A stretch of DNA of 64,000 bases, taken from NCBI GenBank assembly GCA_002309175.1, contig DBWX01000011.1, positions 18,233 to 82,232 on the forward strand, written 5' to 3'. The notes under the pieces were generated by a model that did no database searches, was not told the origin of the DNA, and worked only from the letters and a program-made list of their open reading frames with translations. The first letter of the stretch is position 1, and the number at the start of each line of letters is the position of its first letter. Positions 9,365 through 19,764 of the stretch are shown here, piece after piece. The position numbers were made by a program, and so were the translations under genes. The DNA comes from Ruminococcaceae bacterium UBA1227 (GTDB lineage: Bacteria; Bacillota; Clostridia; Oscillospirales; Acutalibacteraceae).

Positions 9365-10846
9365 TTGACGCGTCTTTTACGTTTTAAGGGGCTTGTTCTC
9401 GCACTTTTGATGACACTCTGTCTCACTGCCTGCAGCGGCGGAGGCGGAGAGCCCGAAACCACCACAAAGAAACCCGCAGGTCAGAAGGAGAAGCCCATGG
9501 AGGCTATCTCGCTGGTCTGTGATCAGATTGATGACGGCTCCGATACGCTCGACGCCTATACACAGCATATCTTCCTCGGCTCACGCGAACTCGAGTACGA
9601 GTACGCCGCCCTTTCGGATGCTCTTTCAAAGCTCAATGCCGCGAACGACGAGCAGTCGAACATGGAAATCGAGAAACTTCAGAAGGACTCTGAGGAGTAC
9701 AAGGCAAAATACGGCATAGAATTCTTCCCCGGCGAAGTCTACTCCCGCAGACAGTTCATACCGCGCCGCGCGGACACGACTGTCGTCAGCCTGCTTATGC
9801 TCTGCGAGTACTATGACGGCACATCTGACATGCGCTCGGAGTATTTGTCGCTCAACTACGACACGAAGACGGGAAAGCAGCTTTATCTCGGCGATGTATT
9901 CCCCACGTTTGAGAAAATCCTTCCGGCAATCTCAGAGTCACTCAAGAAATCCTACCCCAAGGCCGACTTCCTCGAGGAGAATCTGACCAAGGCGATAAGG
10001 GCGCTCTATGAGGCGGATGCCATAGAGTTCACCATTGACTATGAGGGTATAACATTCTACTTCAACTCCGGTGTCCTGGCTGACGAGTCCGACGGAGTGC
10101 TCACTGCATCGTTTAAGTACAACAGTTTCAGGGACAATATCAACAAGAAGTTTACCGAGGTTCCGAAGGTTTACAGCTACTGCTTCACCGACGTTGTGCC
10201 GAACTACAGGTCCGTTGCCGTCGATGTCGATTCGGACAATCTCCTCGGCGGCTACAAGTCGATGGAACTTGAGTTTGACGAGACCGAGACCAAACTGCCC
10301 GACTTCGCCTGTCAGGCATATCGAGCATACATTGTTCATATGGACAAGGGCGACGAATACATCTACGTTGACACGAAGACTGAGACAGGCTACGGCGACC
10401 TCTATGTCTACAGTCTCGGCGCCAAGAATCTGTATGAACTCAAGCATATAAAGAATTCCTCGATTTTCGCGACGGGCATCGGCGACAGCGCTCCGTGCTA
10501 CACGGATCTTTTTACGAATCCGAAGAAGTTCCGCCTCGGCACCCGCTGCGACATGCTTGCCACGAGTGTCGCGAAGAACGATTACAAGGTCGGCTCAGAC
10601 GGCCTCCCGGTTCTCCGCAACCCGGAAGCCTGGTACACCATCGACAGCATGCATCAGTACACGCTGCGCTCGGATATCCGTGACAACGAAGGTGTTCTCA
10701 TCAAATCCGGCTCATCATTTATTTTCGTATATACTGACCTTTCCGACACGGTCGTGTTTGTGACCGAGGAGGGTCTTGAACATACCTTCAACCTCTCGAA
10801 GATCAATGTCAACAGGACGGTTGACGGTATAGAATACACAGAATAG
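9365..10846 (+). CDS. Lipoprotein, function unknown (possible DUF3298/RsiV-like fold in N-terminal half)
   Basis: Lipobox LTAC|SGGGG after a basic/hydrophobic leader. TTG start 10 nt after AGGAGG. Confidence 0.65.
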   Translation: MTRLLRFKGLVLALLMTLCLTACSGGGGEPETTTKKPAGQKEKPMEAISLVCDQIDDGSDTLDAYTQHIFLGSRELEYEYAALSDALSKLNAANDEQSNMEIEKLQKDSEEYKAKYGIEFFPGEVYSRRQFIPRRADTTVVSLLMLCEYYDGTSDMRSEYLSLNYDTKTGKQLYLGDVFPTFEKILPAISESLKKSYPKADFLEENLTKAIRALYEADAIEFTIDYEGITFYFNSGVLADESDGVLTASFKYNSFRDNINKKFTEVPKVYSYCFTDVVPNYRSVAVDVDSDNLLGGYKSMELEFDETETKLPDFACQAYRAYIVHMDKGDEYIYVDTKTETGYGDLYVYSLGAKNLYELKHIKNSSIFATGIGDSAPCYTDLFTNPKKFRLGTRCDMLATSVAKNDYKVGSDGLPVLRNPEAWYTIDSMHQYTLRSDIRDNEGVLIKSGSSFIFVYTDLSDTVVFVTEEGLEHTFNLSKINVNRTVDGIEYTE

Positions 10847-10858
10847 GAGGGAAAGCCC

Positions 10859-11974
10859 GTGAAAAAATATAACTGCCCGAACTGTTCGGCTGAGCTTTAC
10901 TGGGATGCGAAAGCGAATGCGCTCAAGTGCGAATACTGCGACAAGTCGTACCAGCCCGCAGAGCTTGACGCCCTTTTAGCGAAGGCCGACGAAATAAAGG
11001 GCAAGAAGAAGGAAAAACCCGCGGAGGACCGCGCGGAAAAGGTGACGCGCGAGACGACCGATCAGGACAGGGCTTCGGATGATTCGACGAAGACCGGTTA
11101 TGATGACCTTGTCGTCTATCAGTGTGAAAACTGCGGGGCGGAAGTCATCACTTCCAAATCCACGGTCGCCACGACCTGTGCGTTCTGCGGCCGCGCAATC
11201 TCACTCTCCAACAAGATGGTCGGTGACTTTAAGCCCGATGAGGTCATTCCTTTTGCAGTCGATGAGAAAAAGGCAAAGGATATCTACAAAACCTATGCAA
11301 AGAAGGGCGGACTTACACCGAATGCCTTCACAAAGACCGGCGTTATCAAAAAGTGCAAGGGTATCTATGTGCCCTTCTGGCTCCACTCATATGACGAGAC
11401 CGCGGATGTCGTTCTGGCATGCGAGAATGTCACGAGCCACAAGAGCGGCGACGACAAAATCGTCGAGCATGAGATGTACACGGTCAACATGGAAGTGGGC
11501 TCAAGATTCTCCAGTATTCCCACTGACGGTCTTAAGAATCTGAGCGATGAGCTCATGGCTCAGATTGAACCTTTTGACTATTCGAAACTCGTCGCTTTTA
11601 ACCCCGCTTATATGGCAGGTTTCTATGCTGAAGAGTACGATGAAAACGCCGAGCAGAAGATAGGCGAGGCGCAGGCGCGCTCCAAGGAGGCAGTGTCCGC
11701 CCAGGCCATTGACCAGGCGGGACCGTACATGCAGAAGAGCGTGTCCTCCTACCATCCCACATACAGCAATGTCGTATCAAAATACGCAATGCTTCCCATC
11801 TGGATGTTCAATGTCGATTACAAGGGCAAGCTCTGGCAGTTTGCCGTAAACGGCGAGACGGGAAAGATAGCGGGCAAACTCCCGATAAGCAAGCTCAAGG
11901 TTGCTGCCGCGGCAGGCGGCGGATTCCTCGGAACGCAGCTGATAGCAATGGTTATCAGACTGCTGACGATGTAA
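10859..11974 (+). CDS. Double zinc-ribbon membrane protein, YdjG-like
   Basis: CPNC..x..CEYC and CENC..x..CAFC ribbons at the N-terminus. C-terminal TM (GGGFLGTQLIAMVIRLL). Sits upstream of TPM and SPFH genes, as in B. subtilis ydjGHI. Confidence 0.55.
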   Translation: MKKYNCPNCSAELYWDAKANALKCEYCDKSYQPAELDALLAKADEIKGKKKEKPAEDRAEKVTRETTDQDRASDDSTKTGYDDLVVYQCENCGAEVITSKSTVATTCAFCGRAISLSNKMVGDFKPDEVIPFAVDEKKAKDIYKTYAKKGGLTPNAFTKTGVIKKCKGIYVPFWLHSYDETADVVLACENVTSHKSGDDKIVEHEMYTVNMEVGSRFSSIPTDGLKNLSDELMAQIEPFDYSKLVAFNPAYMAGFYAEEYDENAEQKIGEAQARSKEAVSAQAIDQAGPYMQKSVSSYHPTYSNVVSKYAMLPIWMFNVDYKGKLWQFAVNGETGKIAGKLPISKLKVAAAAGGGFLGTQLIAMVIRLLTM

Positions 11975-11986
11975 GGGGGTGCTGAC

Positions 11987-12820
11987 ATGAAGAAGAGACT
12001 TTTATCATTCATTGCGGCACTCGCACTTGTATTTGTACTTGCTTTACCTGCATTTGCAGAGGGCTATACATCGCCCGTAACGGGTTATGACTACAGCTAT
12101 TTCGCCATTGACTATGATGCGATGCTGGACTCTGCTCATAAATATGCCAATGTCTATGATTTCGCGGATCTCCTCACAGACGAGGGAGAGAGAGACCTTC
12201 AGGCGCGCGCGGACCAGCGCAGGGCCGAAGGCTACTCCGTTTACTTCGTGACCTATGACGAGGCATACGGCAGGTCAATCATGACCTTCACCGATGACCT
12301 CTACGACTACTACATCACAAAGCTCGATTTTGACAAGCAGGTCACCGGCGTAATGTATGCCATTGACATGGACAACCGCGAGGTCTATATCAACACCGGC
12401 GGTGCTCTTGCCGATTCCATCTCAACGGATAAGGCATACTCACTCCTTGACAAGACTTATCAGTACGCGTCAGACAAGGATTACTACACCTGTCTTCTGA
12501 AGACGGATGAGGTTACCATGAAGTACCTCAATCCGACACTTCTGGATAAGATTATTCCCACACCTCTGTCCGGCATCATATCTGCAATTGTTTCCGTTGT
12601 TACCGGTCTCGGCATGTTCGCGAGACACAACAAAAACAATAAGATAATTGCCGGTTCCAACTACCTCGGTGCTTTCAATGTGGTAAACAACAACGCGGTA
12701 TTCGCAGGCAACAGGCGTGAGGTCATACATGACTTCTACAAGCAGAGCTCCTCAGGAGGCGGCGGAAGCCACTCCTCCGGCGGAGGCGGCTCGCACGGCG
12801 GAGGAGGCCACGGATTTTAA
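11987..12820 (+). CDS. TPM-domain protein (YgcG/YdjH-like) with Gly/His-rich tail
   Basis: Signal peptide, then the VYDFADLLTDEGERDL...YFVT TPM pattern, a TM segment, and a C-terminal SSGGGGSHSSGGGGSHGGGGHGF tail. Confidence 0.7.
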   Translation: MKKRLLSFIAALALVFVLALPAFAEGYTSPVTGYDYSYFAIDYDAMLDSAHKYANVYDFADLLTDEGERDLQARADQRRAEGYSVYFVTYDEAYGRSIMTFTDDLYDYYITKLDFDKQVTGVMYAIDMDNREVYINTGGALADSISTDKAYSLLDKTYQYASDKDYYTCLLKTDEVTMKYLNPTLLDKIIPTPLSGIISAIVSVVTGLGMFARHNKNNKIIAGSNYLGAFNVVNNNAVFAGNRREVIHDFYKQSSSGGGGSHSSGGGGSHGGGGHGF

Positions 12821-13506
12821 TGGCTGTTTACGATATGCTCAAGGACAAACTTATCCGTGTGCTGCGCCGTGAGGTGGCCGACGTGGTCGTCGGCGCGACG
12901 GGCCTGACGCCGTCTGAGGCGGTCGAGGTGGCGAAGGTCGCCACCACGCTTGCAAAGGGCGCACAGACCCCATCACCGAAATCCATTTCAGGAGCCACCG
13001 ACATCTTCCTGAAGAAGATAATGGCCGACTTCCCGAATTTCAGCAACAGTGATGCCGAAAAGGCGCTCTCAGAGTGTATTCACGAATACATCGACATAAA
13101 GTATGAGGGCAAGACACAGTTTGAAATGCCGAATGTGGCAAGGGGTGTCGAGACCACGATTGACCGCTCGCGGGAAGACTGTAAAATCGGCAATATCGTC
13201 ATCCACAGATTCGCAATTGCCGACTATGAAAAATCCGAGGAATATGCTACAATTAGTTATCAGGCAGCCTGCGGTTTCGATGTCATAACGGGCATCCCGG
13301 AAAACGACAGGCACCTCGAGAAGAGGTACAAGCTTGATTACTCTTTAAGATTCGTGCAAGACGGCGAATCGGCCGTTTCGTATATCTGTCCGAACTGCAA
13401 CGCCACGCTCGGCGCAAAAGTCAGGGATGACTGCCCGTACTGCGGGGCGCATGTGGTCTGGGACACAATTTACTCTTGGTATATAGCTTCTATAACAGAA
13501 GATTGA
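12820..13506 (+). CDS. Hypothetical protein with C-terminal zinc ribbon (possibly Tim44-like/NTF2 fold)
   Basis: CPNCNATLGAKVRDDCPYCGAHV at the C-terminus. Its ATG overlaps the TAA of the upstream gene (TAATG). Confidence 0.5.
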   Translation: MAVYDMLKDKLIRVLRREVADVVVGATGLTPSEAVEVAKVATTLAKGAQTPSPKSISGATDIFLKKIMADFPNFSNSDAEKALSECIHEYIDIKYEGKTQFEMPNVARGVETTIDRSREDCKIGNIVIHRFAIADYEKSEEYATISYQAACGFDVITGIPENDRHLEKRYKLDYSLRFVQDGESAVSYICPNCNATLGAKVRDDCPYCGAHVVWDTIYSWYIASITED

Positions 13507-13522
13507 AAGGAGAACAAACACT

Positions 13523-14803
13523 ATGGGACTTAAAAAAGTTGCTGAGGCAGCTGCTGCTGCAACAGGTCTTACCGGTGCCATCCAGACCGTGGTTCAGTCT
13601 GCGGCATGGAAAGAGTATTTCCAGTCAGGCGATATGTCAGACGGCATACTCATGAAGCGCGGTGAGAAAATCATGGCCGACGGTACAAAGAATACCAAGG
13701 CTGATGCAAACCTCATCTCTGCAGGTTCGGGCATCGACATTCAGGAAGGACAGGCAATGATCCTTGTCGAGAACGGCAAGATTGTTGAGTTCTGCGCTGA
13801 GCCCGGACGCTACACATTTGACGAGTCCACGGCTCCGTCATTCATCCCGTCAGGTGACGGTTCATTCAAGGAAAACCTTGTAGAGAACATCAAGAAGCTC
13901 GGCAAGGAAGTTGCTGATCAGTGGATGGCCGGCGGCCAGCGCTTCAGCTCACAGAGAGTATTCTTCATCAATATGTGCGAACTCATCGCCGCTCCCGTAA
14001 AATGGGGCTGCGGAGACATCGGTTTCCATCACACCGGTGCCATGGGCGAGCAGCTCGACATCACAATCAAGGGCAACGGACAGCTCACACTCAAGGTTTC
14101 CGATCCGCTTCTCTTCTTCCAGAACATCGGCGCTCAGTATGTCGGTGTTGAGGGTGATGTAGTTGTCTCCATCAACGATGAAGGCATCCTTTCAAACCTC
14201 AAGTCAGGCATTCTTGACAAGATAGGTGAGGCTGTTTCCACACTCGGTACACAGCAGGCTGTTGCCTACACGGCAATCGGTTCTCACTCAAGCGAAATCA
14301 AGGATCTCATAAACGTAAACCTCTCATCTGAGTGGGCCGGCGAACGCGGCTTCGAAGTCTGCACATTCACCGTAAATGGTGCATTCATGCCGACAGACGA
14401 AGACAAGGCTACACTTAAGGAGATGCAGAGATCCTTCAACATGGGTGCAAACGTCAACGCGGCCAACTACGATGTCCAGAAGACAATGGCCGAAGGCGTC
14501 AAGGCAGCCGGCGAAAACGGAGGCGATGGCGGTTCTATGATGGGTATGGGTCTCGGTATCGGTGCCATAGGCAATACAGGCCTCGGCCAGATAGTCAACC
14601 AGAATCCTGCTCCGGCAGCGGCTCCCGCTGCGGCACCTGCAGCAGGCTGGACATGCGAATGCGGCACAGCCAACAGCGGCAACTTCTGCACAAACTGCGG
14701 TAAGGCAAAGCCCGAAGCTCCCGCAGGCGCTTTCTGCCCCGAGTGCGGCACAAAGCTCCCCGAAGGCGCTAAGTTCTGCACAAACTGCGGCAAACAGCTG
14801 TAA
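13523..14803 (+). CDS. SPFH/Band-7-like protein with C-terminal double zinc ribbon (YdjI / COG4260-like)
   Basis: 426 aa. PAAAPAAAPAA linker followed by CECG..CTNCG and CPECG..CTNCG ribbons. The body resembles the SPFH 'virion core protein-like' family as I remember it. Confidence 0.6.
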   Translation: MGLKKVAEAAAAATGLTGAIQTVVQSAAWKEYFQSGDMSDGILMKRGEKIMADGTKNTKADANLISAGSGIDIQEGQAMILVENGKIVEFCAEPGRYTFDESTAPSFIPSGDGSFKENLVENIKKLGKEVADQWMAGGQRFSSQRVFFINMCELIAAPVKWGCGDIGFHHTGAMGEQLDITIKGNGQLTLKVSDPLLFFQNIGAQYVGVEGDVVVSINDEGILSNLKSGILDKIGEAVSTLGTQQAVAYTAIGSHSSEIKDLINVNLSSEWAGERGFEVCTFTVNGAFMPTDEDKATLKEMQRSFNMGANVNAANYDVQKTMAEGVKAAGENGGDGGSMMGMGLGIGAIGNTGLGQIVNQNPAPAAAPAAAPAAGWTCECGTANSGNFCTNCGKAKPEAPAGAFCPECGTKLPEGAKFCTNCGKQL

Positions 14804-14816
14804 TTCATAAAAGATT

Positions 14817-14845
14817 AAGGCTCCTCTTGTGAGGAGCCTTTTTTT
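14817..14845 (+). terminator. Rho-independent terminator
   Basis: AAGGCTCCTC-TTGT-GAGGAGCCTT followed by TTTTT. Confidence 0.75.
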
Positions 14846-14886
14846 ATGTTAAAATATCTTGGTATCATTTAATAGGGGGTTTTCCC

Positions 14887-15654
14887 ATGCTTCTTGTTAT
14901 TGATGCGGGTAACACAAATGTCACAATAGGTGTGTACAGAGAGGAAGAACTCCTCTTCGTGTCCCGACTGGCTACTGACCCGACAATGACTGAGGATCAG
15001 TTTGCAATAGCTCTGAGCAATCTCTTTAAATTAAACGGCATAGAGGGCGTAACCTTCAGGGGCGCAGTAATAAGCTCTGTTGTTCCCGAACTGACGAGGG
15101 CCATAAAGCGCGGAGCGCGTAAGGTCACCGAGTCGGAGCCGATAGTCCTGGGCCCCGGTGTAAAGACCGGCCTCGACATCCGTATCGACAACCCGACGGA
15201 GCTCGGTGCAGACCTCGCGGCCACGGCTGTGGGCGCGCTCGGAAAGTATGAACTTCCGTGTATAATACTTGACCTCGGCACCGCGACGAAGGTCACGGTT
15301 TTAGGCGAGGACGGTGCCTTCCTCGGCTGCGCGATAGCTCCCGGTATGCTGATCTCCTTAAACGCCCTTGCGAAAGGCGCTTCGCAGCTTTCGAGCATCG
15401 CTCTCAAATCGCCTCGGGCGACAATCGGCACGAACACCGTTGAGTCCATGCGCGCAGGTCTTGTTCACGGCACCGCCGAAATGCTTGACGGACTCATAGA
15501 CCGCATGAACAGAGAGCTTACGACGGAAGCCAAGACAATAGTCGCCACGGGCGGCCTCTGCACTGTTGTCGCAAAACACTGCAGACATGAAATGGTAATC
15601 GATCAGAACCTCCTCCTTGAGGGTCTGAGAAAAGTATATGAAAAGAACAATTAA
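14887..15654 (+). CDS. coaX: Type III pantothenate kinase
   Basis: MLLVIDAGNTN N-terminus, GADL, and DLGTATK actin-fold phosphate motifs. Confidence 0.9.
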   Translation: MLLVIDAGNTNVTIGVYREEELLFVSRLATDPTMTEDQFAIALSNLFKLNGIEGVTFRGAVISSVVPELTRAIKRGARKVTESEPIVLGPGVKTGLDIRIDNPTELGADLAATAVGALGKYELPCIILDLGTATKVTVLGEDGAFLGCAIAPGMLISLNALAKGASQLSSIALKSPRATIGTNTVESMRAGLVHGTAEMLDGLIDRMNRELTTEAKTIVATGGLCTVVAKHCRHEMVIDQNLLLEGLRKVYEKNN

Positions 15655-15673
15655 AATTGGAGATGAGACTGAA

Positions 15674-16597
15674 ATGGCAGTAACAAAGACCGAATTCACC
15701 TACACATCATCAGTCGGCGACCTTGAAATCCACGCTGTAAAGTGGATTCCCGAGAACGCGAAAGCTATCCTCAACATAACTCACGGTATGGCAGAATATA
15801 TCGACCGTTATGAAGGCTTCGCGGAGTTCCTTGCGGCGAACGGTTATGCCGTATACGGCCACGACCACATCGGCCACGGCAAATCAATTTCCGACAAGTA
15901 TAAGGCCGGCTACTTCGGCGAGAACAATGCCGAAGGTACGGTATTTGTAGATGACAACAAACTCATTGTCGACATAGCAAAAGAGGAAAACCCGGGTCTT
16001 CCCGTATTCTTCTTCGGTCACTCAATGGGTTCCTTCGTAGCAAGAAAGTATATCGCTCTCTACGGTGAGGAACTCAAGGGCGCCGTTGTCTGCGGTACAG
16101 GCGGACCCAACCCCGCGGCAGGCATCGCAATCTTCCTTGCGGGCTTCCTCGGCAAAGTAAAGGGCGCACAGGCTGACGGCACATTCATTAACAATGTCGC
16201 TTTCGGTTCATACAACAACAAGACGGATAAGAGAACTCCTTTTGACTGGCTCACAAAGGACGAGGCAATCGTTGACAAATACATCGCCGATCCTCTCTGC
16301 GGCTTCTGTTTCTCAAACAACGGCTTCAAAGATATGCTCGGCATGCTTAAGTTCATCAATTCCGCTGACTGTTACAACATGACTTCAAAGACTCTTCCCA
16401 TCTTACTTGTTGCCGGTGCGGACGATCCCGTCGGTGAGTACGGCAAGGGTGTTGAAAAGGTCTTTGAGGCATACAAGGCAAACGGCAACCCGGTAGAGTG
16501 CAAACTCTATGAGGGCGACAGACATGAAATCTTAAACGAGTTCGACAAGGAGACCGTCATGAACGATATCCTTGCATGGCTTGACAAAAATGTCTAA
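15674..16597 (+). CDS. Alpha/beta hydrolase (lysophospholipase / monoacylglycerol lipase-like)
   Basis: GHSMGS nucleophile elbow and HG oxyanion motif. ATG at 15674 preferred over the track start, which overlaps coaX. Confidence 0.8.
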   Translation: MAVTKTEFTYTSSVGDLEIHAVKWIPENAKAILNITHGMAEYIDRYEGFAEFLAANGYAVYGHDHIGHGKSISDKYKAGYFGENNAEGTVFVDDNKLIVDIAKEENPGLPVFFFGHSMGSFVARKYIALYGEELKGAVVCGTGGPNPAAGIAIFLAGFLGKVKGAQADGTFINNVAFGSYNNKTDKRTPFDWLTKDEAIVDKYIADPLCGFCFSNNGFKDMLGMLKFINSADCYNMTSKTLPILLVAGADDPVGEYGKGVEKVFEAYKANGNPVECKLYEGDRHEILNEFDKETVMNDILAWLDKNV

Positions 16598-17054
16598 ACA
16601 GGAAAAAGATATTCTTCTCAAGACGAAGCCCATGGGTTTCGACAAGAAGAAGACAATGGACTACATTGAAAAAATTCAGCTTGAGAATGAGGGCTTAAAG
16701 CGCCAGGTCCAGGACCTGAGCGCCAAGCAGAGTGCGCTTTTAAAGGAGAATGCCATGCTCCGCGCGCGCCTTGAAGTCGGTTCCGGTTTTGCAGCCGATA
16801 TTCCCGCCCCGTCTCAGGATTCTGAACCCGACCCCGAGCCCGATCTTCTTGACGGATACGGTGAACAGGTCAGCAAGCGCATTGTGACTGAAAACCTTTC
16901 AGACCTCGATGCCGACCCCATGTTCGAGATGCCGTATGAGACTGTCGGCAATTCGTCACACAACGTTGAAAAGCGTGACGGCAAGACCATAGTCACCTCA
17001 AAGAAGAATATCGAGAAACGCGGCGGAAAAACTTATATCAGCTCCAAGAAATAA
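16590..17054 (+). CDS. Coiled-coil protein with DivIVA-like N-terminal motif
   Basis: MGFDKKKTMDYIEKIQ resembles the DivIVA RGYdxxeVDxFL motif and is followed by heptad-like sequence. ATG at 16590 overlaps the upstream stop. Confidence 0.35.
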   Translation: MSKQEKDILLKTKPMGFDKKKTMDYIEKIQLENEGLKRQVQDLSAKQSALLKENAMLRARLEVGSGFAADIPAPSQDSEPDPEPDLLDGYGEQVSKRIVTENLSDLDADPMFEMPYETVGNSSHNVEKRDGKTIVTSKKNIEKRGGKTYISSKK

Positions 17055-17062
17055 TTGAAATG

Positions 17063-17097
17063 AAAAAGCCTCAGGATCAGTATCCTGAGGCTTTTTT
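17063..17097. terminator. Bidirectional Rho-independent terminator
   Basis: AAAAA-GCCTCAGGAT-CAGT-ATCCTGAGGC-TTTTTT. Confidence 0.75.
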
Positions 17098-17104
17098 GTT
17101 TTGT

Positions 17105-17290
17105 TATCACCCGCCGAGCCGGGGTCCCGGAAATATTAACCTGCATATAGGCAGGTGGGTGCCCACTGTCCACTACCGTGCTCCCAACGTCCCGCAAAAG
17201 AAACGGGGAGGTCTGCACTCCATTTCCAAGTTAAGCTCCCTTTTAGTGTGTGTTGGGTTAGTATTCGGGAGAATCGAACCCGGCAGGCTT
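17105..17290 (-). ncRNA. Candidate structured sRNA, possibly 6S RNA (ssrS-like)
   Basis: About 185 nt with no ORF, between convergent genes. On the minus strand the 5' end CCUGCCGGG pairs with the 3' end CUCGGCGGG, and the helix extends through UCCCG/CGGGA and AAUA..UAACC/GGUUA..UAUU. G-U pairs favour the minus strand. An A/C-rich bubble lies in the middle. The bidirectional terminator at 17063-17097 closes it. Confidence 0.3.
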
Positions 17291-17296
17291 TTTCGC

Positions 17297-17611
17297 TTAT
17301 TCTTCGTCCTCTCCGACCAGGAAAGGATATTTCTTCTTTATGCGCTCGAACATGATGTCACCGATTTCGAAGAGCTCCTCCTCATCCTCAATCTGCTGAA
17401 GATAAGTTTCGCCGTCTTCTTCTATAACTTCAAGAACAAAGAGTTCGTCATCTCCGTCGAGAATCTCCTCGTCATCACCGTAGACGGGGAGGAGGGCGAC
17501 ATAGTGTTTTCCGCCGTCAGACTCTATGCGGTCGAGTTCCTCAAACATGTGCTCGACACCGTCGTCATCAGTTACCGTAATGATATCGGGATTGTATTCC
17601 TGTTCTGTCAT
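17297..17611 (-). CDS. DUF1292 family acidic protein
   Basis: 104 aa, very acidic. The ITVTDDDGVEHMFEELDRIE...YVALLP pattern is typical of DUF1292 (YrzB-like). Confidence 0.7.
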   Translation of the reverse strand: MTEQEYNPDIITVTDDDGVEHMFEELDRIESDGGKHYVALLPVYGDDEEILDGDDELFVLEVIEEDGETYLQQIEDEEELFEIGDIMFERIKKKYPFLVGEDEE

Positions 17612-17721
17612 AAGCTCACTTCCAATCGTGTTTTAGCTACCTTTATTTTACTGATACAGTGGCAAAATGTCAAATTGACGCGCCCGTTTTAAGAGTGGTA
17701 AAAAAAGGCGGTTTATGGTAA

Positions 17722-19752
<2,031 letters not shown>

Positions 19753-19764
19753 AGGAGGAAAACC

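Noticed and set aside
12760-12817. GGCGG-rich DNA repeats at the end of the TPM gene, and the GCxGCx run at 14610-14640
   Set aside because: These simply encode Gly/Ser/His and Pro/Ala low-complexity linkers of the proteins. They are not a DNA-level repeat element.
17262-17287. GGGTTCGATTCTCCC (minus strand) looked like a tRNA/tmRNA T-arm
   Set aside because: The flanks do not give a 5-bp T stem with a 7-nt loop, there is no acceptor stem or CCA, and the upstream part would lie in the DUF1292 coding sequence. I interpret it as part of the closing helix of the sRNA candidate.
17105-17290. Considered SRP RNA, tmRNA or RNase P RNA for this interval
   Set aside because: It lacks the SRP domain IV motif (GUCAGGUCCGGAAGGAAGCAGC-like), lacks tmRNA tRNA-like ends, and is too short for RNase P. 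Only the 6S-like architecture remains, at low confidence.
17060-17692. 210-aa plus-strand ORF covering the terminator, the sRNA candidate and the antisense of DUF1292
   Set aside because: It starts inside a terminator hairpin and is antisense to a motif-supported gene, so it is spurious.
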